Source: Patescibacteria group bacterium
GTDB lineage: Bacteria > Patescibacteriota > Minisyncoccia > UBA6257 > HR35
NCBI GenBank assembly: GCA_025060575.1
Contig: JANXBL010000002.1
Span: forward strand, 1 to 53,965
Direction: 5' to 3'
Length of the DNA stretch: 53,965 nucleotides
In this document: piece by piece, positions 52,217-53,965 of the stretch
How positions within the stretch are numbered: position 1 is the stretch's first letter
Layout of the letters: each line of letters opens with the position of its first letter
Translations under genes and position numbers: made by a program
The notes under the pieces: model-generated
Seen by the model: only the letters and a program-made list of their open reading frames with translations
What the model was told of the DNA's origin: nothing
Database searches by the model: none

Positions 52217-52516
52217 ATGGGAAGTTTTTTTAAGATAGTAATATATATTATAATAATTCTAATTATCTTTGCTATTTTACCTAAAAGCTTTCTTGATAAA
52301 ATAAAAAAATATTTTAATTGGGAAATTTTTTGGCAAACACTTAAAAAAGGTTTTGATAATCTAATGAATTTTATTAAAGAGGCTACTGGTCTTGATTTTT
52401 CAAAAATACCTGCAAGTATTAAACAAGCTTTTGGTATTGATATCATTGCTATCTGGTCAGACATCAAAAATTTTCTTGCTAACTTTTTTATGAGGTTAGC
52501 TTCTTTTTTTAGATAG
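52217..52516 (+). CDS. Small membrane protein, unknown function
   Basis: 99 aa. TM helix IVIYIIIILIIFAIL. Preferred over the antisense 90-aa ORF because of the promoter, the strand context, and the 1-nt gap before secD. Confidence 0.4.
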   Translation: MGSFFKIVIYIIIILIIFAILPKSFLDKIKKYFNWEIFWQTLKKGFDNLMNFIKEATGLDFSKIPASIKQAFGIDIIAIWSDIKNFLANFFMRLASFFR

Positions 52517-52517
52517 G

Positions 52518-53771
52518 ATGAACAAGAACTATTTTTTACTCGTTTTTACAATTCTTTTTATCATTAGTTTAGTTTTTATCTTTGGTAAACAGATTGATCA
52601 GAATTTAAATATTTTGCCAGCATTTATGAAAAAGCCTTTCTCCTTGGGAATGGACATTGCGGGTGGTACTATTCTTACTTATCAAATAGACACCACTAAA
52701 ATAAAAGATCAAGATTTAAGAAATGTTTCAGAGCAAGTCAAAGATTTAATCGAGAGGAGAATAAATTTTTTAGGGGTGGGTGAATTTTTTACCAGTTTTT
52801 CGGCTTCAGGAAGAGTATTGGTCGAGATTCCTAACATTAAAGATCCAGATGCTGCCAGAAAAATTATTGGCGAAACGCCGTTTTTAGATTTTAGGGTGCC
52901 TCTTGCTGTTGGGACAACAACGACAGGCACGGAGATTATCTTTATTCCCACCCAATTAACTGGTCAATATATTAAAACAGCTGATTTTCAACTAGATCCT
53001 TATACTTCTCAACCAATTGTTGTTCTTTCTTTCAATGAAGAAGGAGCAAAGATTTTTAAGCAATTAACAGAAAAATATTTAGGCCAACCAATTGCTATCT
53101 TTTTAGATAATATGATGATAAGCGCTCCACGGGTGGAAGAGGTAATTAGCGAAGGACAAGCAAGAATTACTGGGAACTTTACTATTGATGAAGCTCGAAC
53201 ATTGGCTAGTCGTTTAAAACAAGGAGCATTACCAGCGCCTTTAGAATTGCTTTCTGTTTCTATCGTTAATCCATTGATAAGTAAATCATTTATTGATGTG
53301 GTGATAAGAGCCTCCATTATTGGTGTAGTGCTGGTCATCCTGTTTATGATCATTTTTTATCGTTTTTACGGTTTATTAGCATCAATTGCTCTCATATTCT
53401 TTATTGTTTTTAATCTAGCTCTTTACAAGATTCTGGGAGTTACCATTTCCTTGGCTTCTTTAAGTGGTTTAATCTTAGCAATAGGAATGGCTGTTGATGC
53501 TAACATATTAATTTTTGAAAGAATGAGGGAAGAAAGGCAAAGGGGGGCAAAAGGTAAAGATCTTATTGAAACAGGGTTTTCAAGAGCTTTTCCCTCAATC
53601 CGCGATTCAAATATGACCACGATTATTTCTTCTTTATTAATCTATTTTCTTGCTACCTCTTTTGTTAAAGGTTTTGCTCTGACGCTCTTTTTTGGTGTCT
53701 TGATTAGTTTTTTGACCGCTGTTTTTTTCAGTCGAAATTTAATCGAGATTTTTCATAAAAATTCTGATTGA
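52518..53771 (+). CDS. secD: Protein translocase subunit SecD
   Basis: N-terminal TM helix, periplasmic-type domain starting LGMDIAGGT, and a C-terminal six-TM bundle with GLILAIGMAVDANILIFERMREE. Confidence 0.9.
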   Translation: MNKNYFLLVFTILFIISLVFIFGKQIDQNLNILPAFMKKPFSLGMDIAGGTILTYQIDTTKIKDQDLRNVSEQVKDLIERRINFLGVGEFFTSFSASGRVLVEIPNIKDPDAARKIIGETPFLDFRVPLAVGTTTTGTEIIFIPTQLTGQYIKTADFQLDPYTSQPIVVLSFNEEGAKIFKQLTEKYLGQPIAIFLDNMMISAPRVEEVISEGQARITGNFTIDEARTLASRLKQGALPAPLELLSVSIVNPLISKSFIDVVIRASIIGVVLVILFMIIFYRFYGLLASIALIFFIVFNLALYKILGVTISLASLSGLILAIGMAVDANILIFERMREERQRGAKGKDLIETGFSRAFPSIRDSNMTTIISSLLIYFLATSFVKGFALTLFFGVLISFLTAVFFSRNLIEIFHKNSD

Positions 53772-53965
53772 TGGCAGAAAAAACTATTGACTTCATTAAA
53801 AATAGATACTACTTTTATTTAGCAAGTTTAATACTTGTTCTTTTTGGTGCTTTCAGTTTTTATCTTTTTAATCCTAATTTGGGCATTGATCTAATTGGTG
53901 GCCAGGTTTTAGAAGTTAAAACAAAAGCAGATGTGCCTTCGCTTATAGATAAACTAAATATTAAT
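53771..53965 (+). CDS. secF: Protein translocase subunit SecF, 5' fragment running off the window
   Basis: The ATG overlaps the secD stop (TGATG). Manual translation MAEKTIDFIKNRYYFYLASLILVLFGAFSFYLF..LGIDLIGGQVLEV matches SecF N-termini. Confidence 0.75.
   Translation, partial: MAEKTIDFIKNRYYFYLASLILVLFGAFSFYLFNPNLGIDLIGGQVLEVKTKADVPSLIDKLNIN

Noticed and set aside
52195-52467. 90-aa minus-strand ORF overlapping ORF 52217-52516
   Set aside because: The plus-strand ORF has a TGATATAAT box, a TM helix, and lies 1 nt from secD on the locally dominant strand. Only one of the two can be real, and confidence in either is modest.
1-53965. CRISPR arrays, transposases, integrases, rRNA genes and alternative genetic code (UGA as sense)
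   Set aside because: I saw no regularly spaced repeats and no DDE, tyrosine or serine recombinase-like ORFs. No rRNA-like conserved stretches were noticed. Long conserved genes such as polA, leuS and dnaA are intact with TGA used as a stop, so code 11 fits.

Overview
Gene-dense, very AT-rich bacterial chromosome segment (about 30% GC by eye; some stretches under 20%). The standard genetic code fits: TGA works as a stop, for example in the ATGA overlaps at tsaE/polA and polA/kinase. Gene content and style suggest a small-genome, Gram-positive-type-envelope bacterium of the Patescibacteria/CPR kind; this taxonomic placement is inference only.

The window holds three kinds of content.

1. Accessory operon (1-10.7 kb, minus strand). 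It is built around a VirB4-type ATPase that is split into two ORFs, a PrgI/VirB3-like membrane protein and a 910-aa VirB6-like polytopic protein. Five or more secreted, membrane-anchored or acidic proteins with no recognisable family accompany them. No relaxase, VirD4 coupling protein or integrase is visible in the window. This is the best candidate for a poorly described system.

2. Housekeeping block, including the replication-origin region.
- Translation: leuS, valS, hisS, gltX, rpsU, tsaE.
- Envelope and division: murE-like, LCP, PBP1A, lepB, ftsA, FtsB-like, dgkA.
- Replication, repair and uptake: dnaA, dnaN, recA, comM, split comEC, polA, EndoQ-like.
- Other: pilB, pgk, yebC, secD and secF.
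- Stable RNAs: seven tRNAs, tmRNA and RNase P RNA. None of the tRNAs or the tmRNA encodes its 3' CCA.

3. GC-elevated islet (41.7-43.2 kb) between tRNA-Gly and tRNA-Arg. GC is 40-52% against roughly 30% background. It encodes a sigma-like protein and a secreted protein. Both genes, plus a third GC-elevated ORF at 38.46 kb, share a conserved promoter/leader with strong Shine-Dalgarno sites. Many native genes instead sit only 10-12 nt downstream of a TATAAT box and look near-leaderless.

All calls come from reading the ORF translations and the nucleotide sequence. No database search was run.
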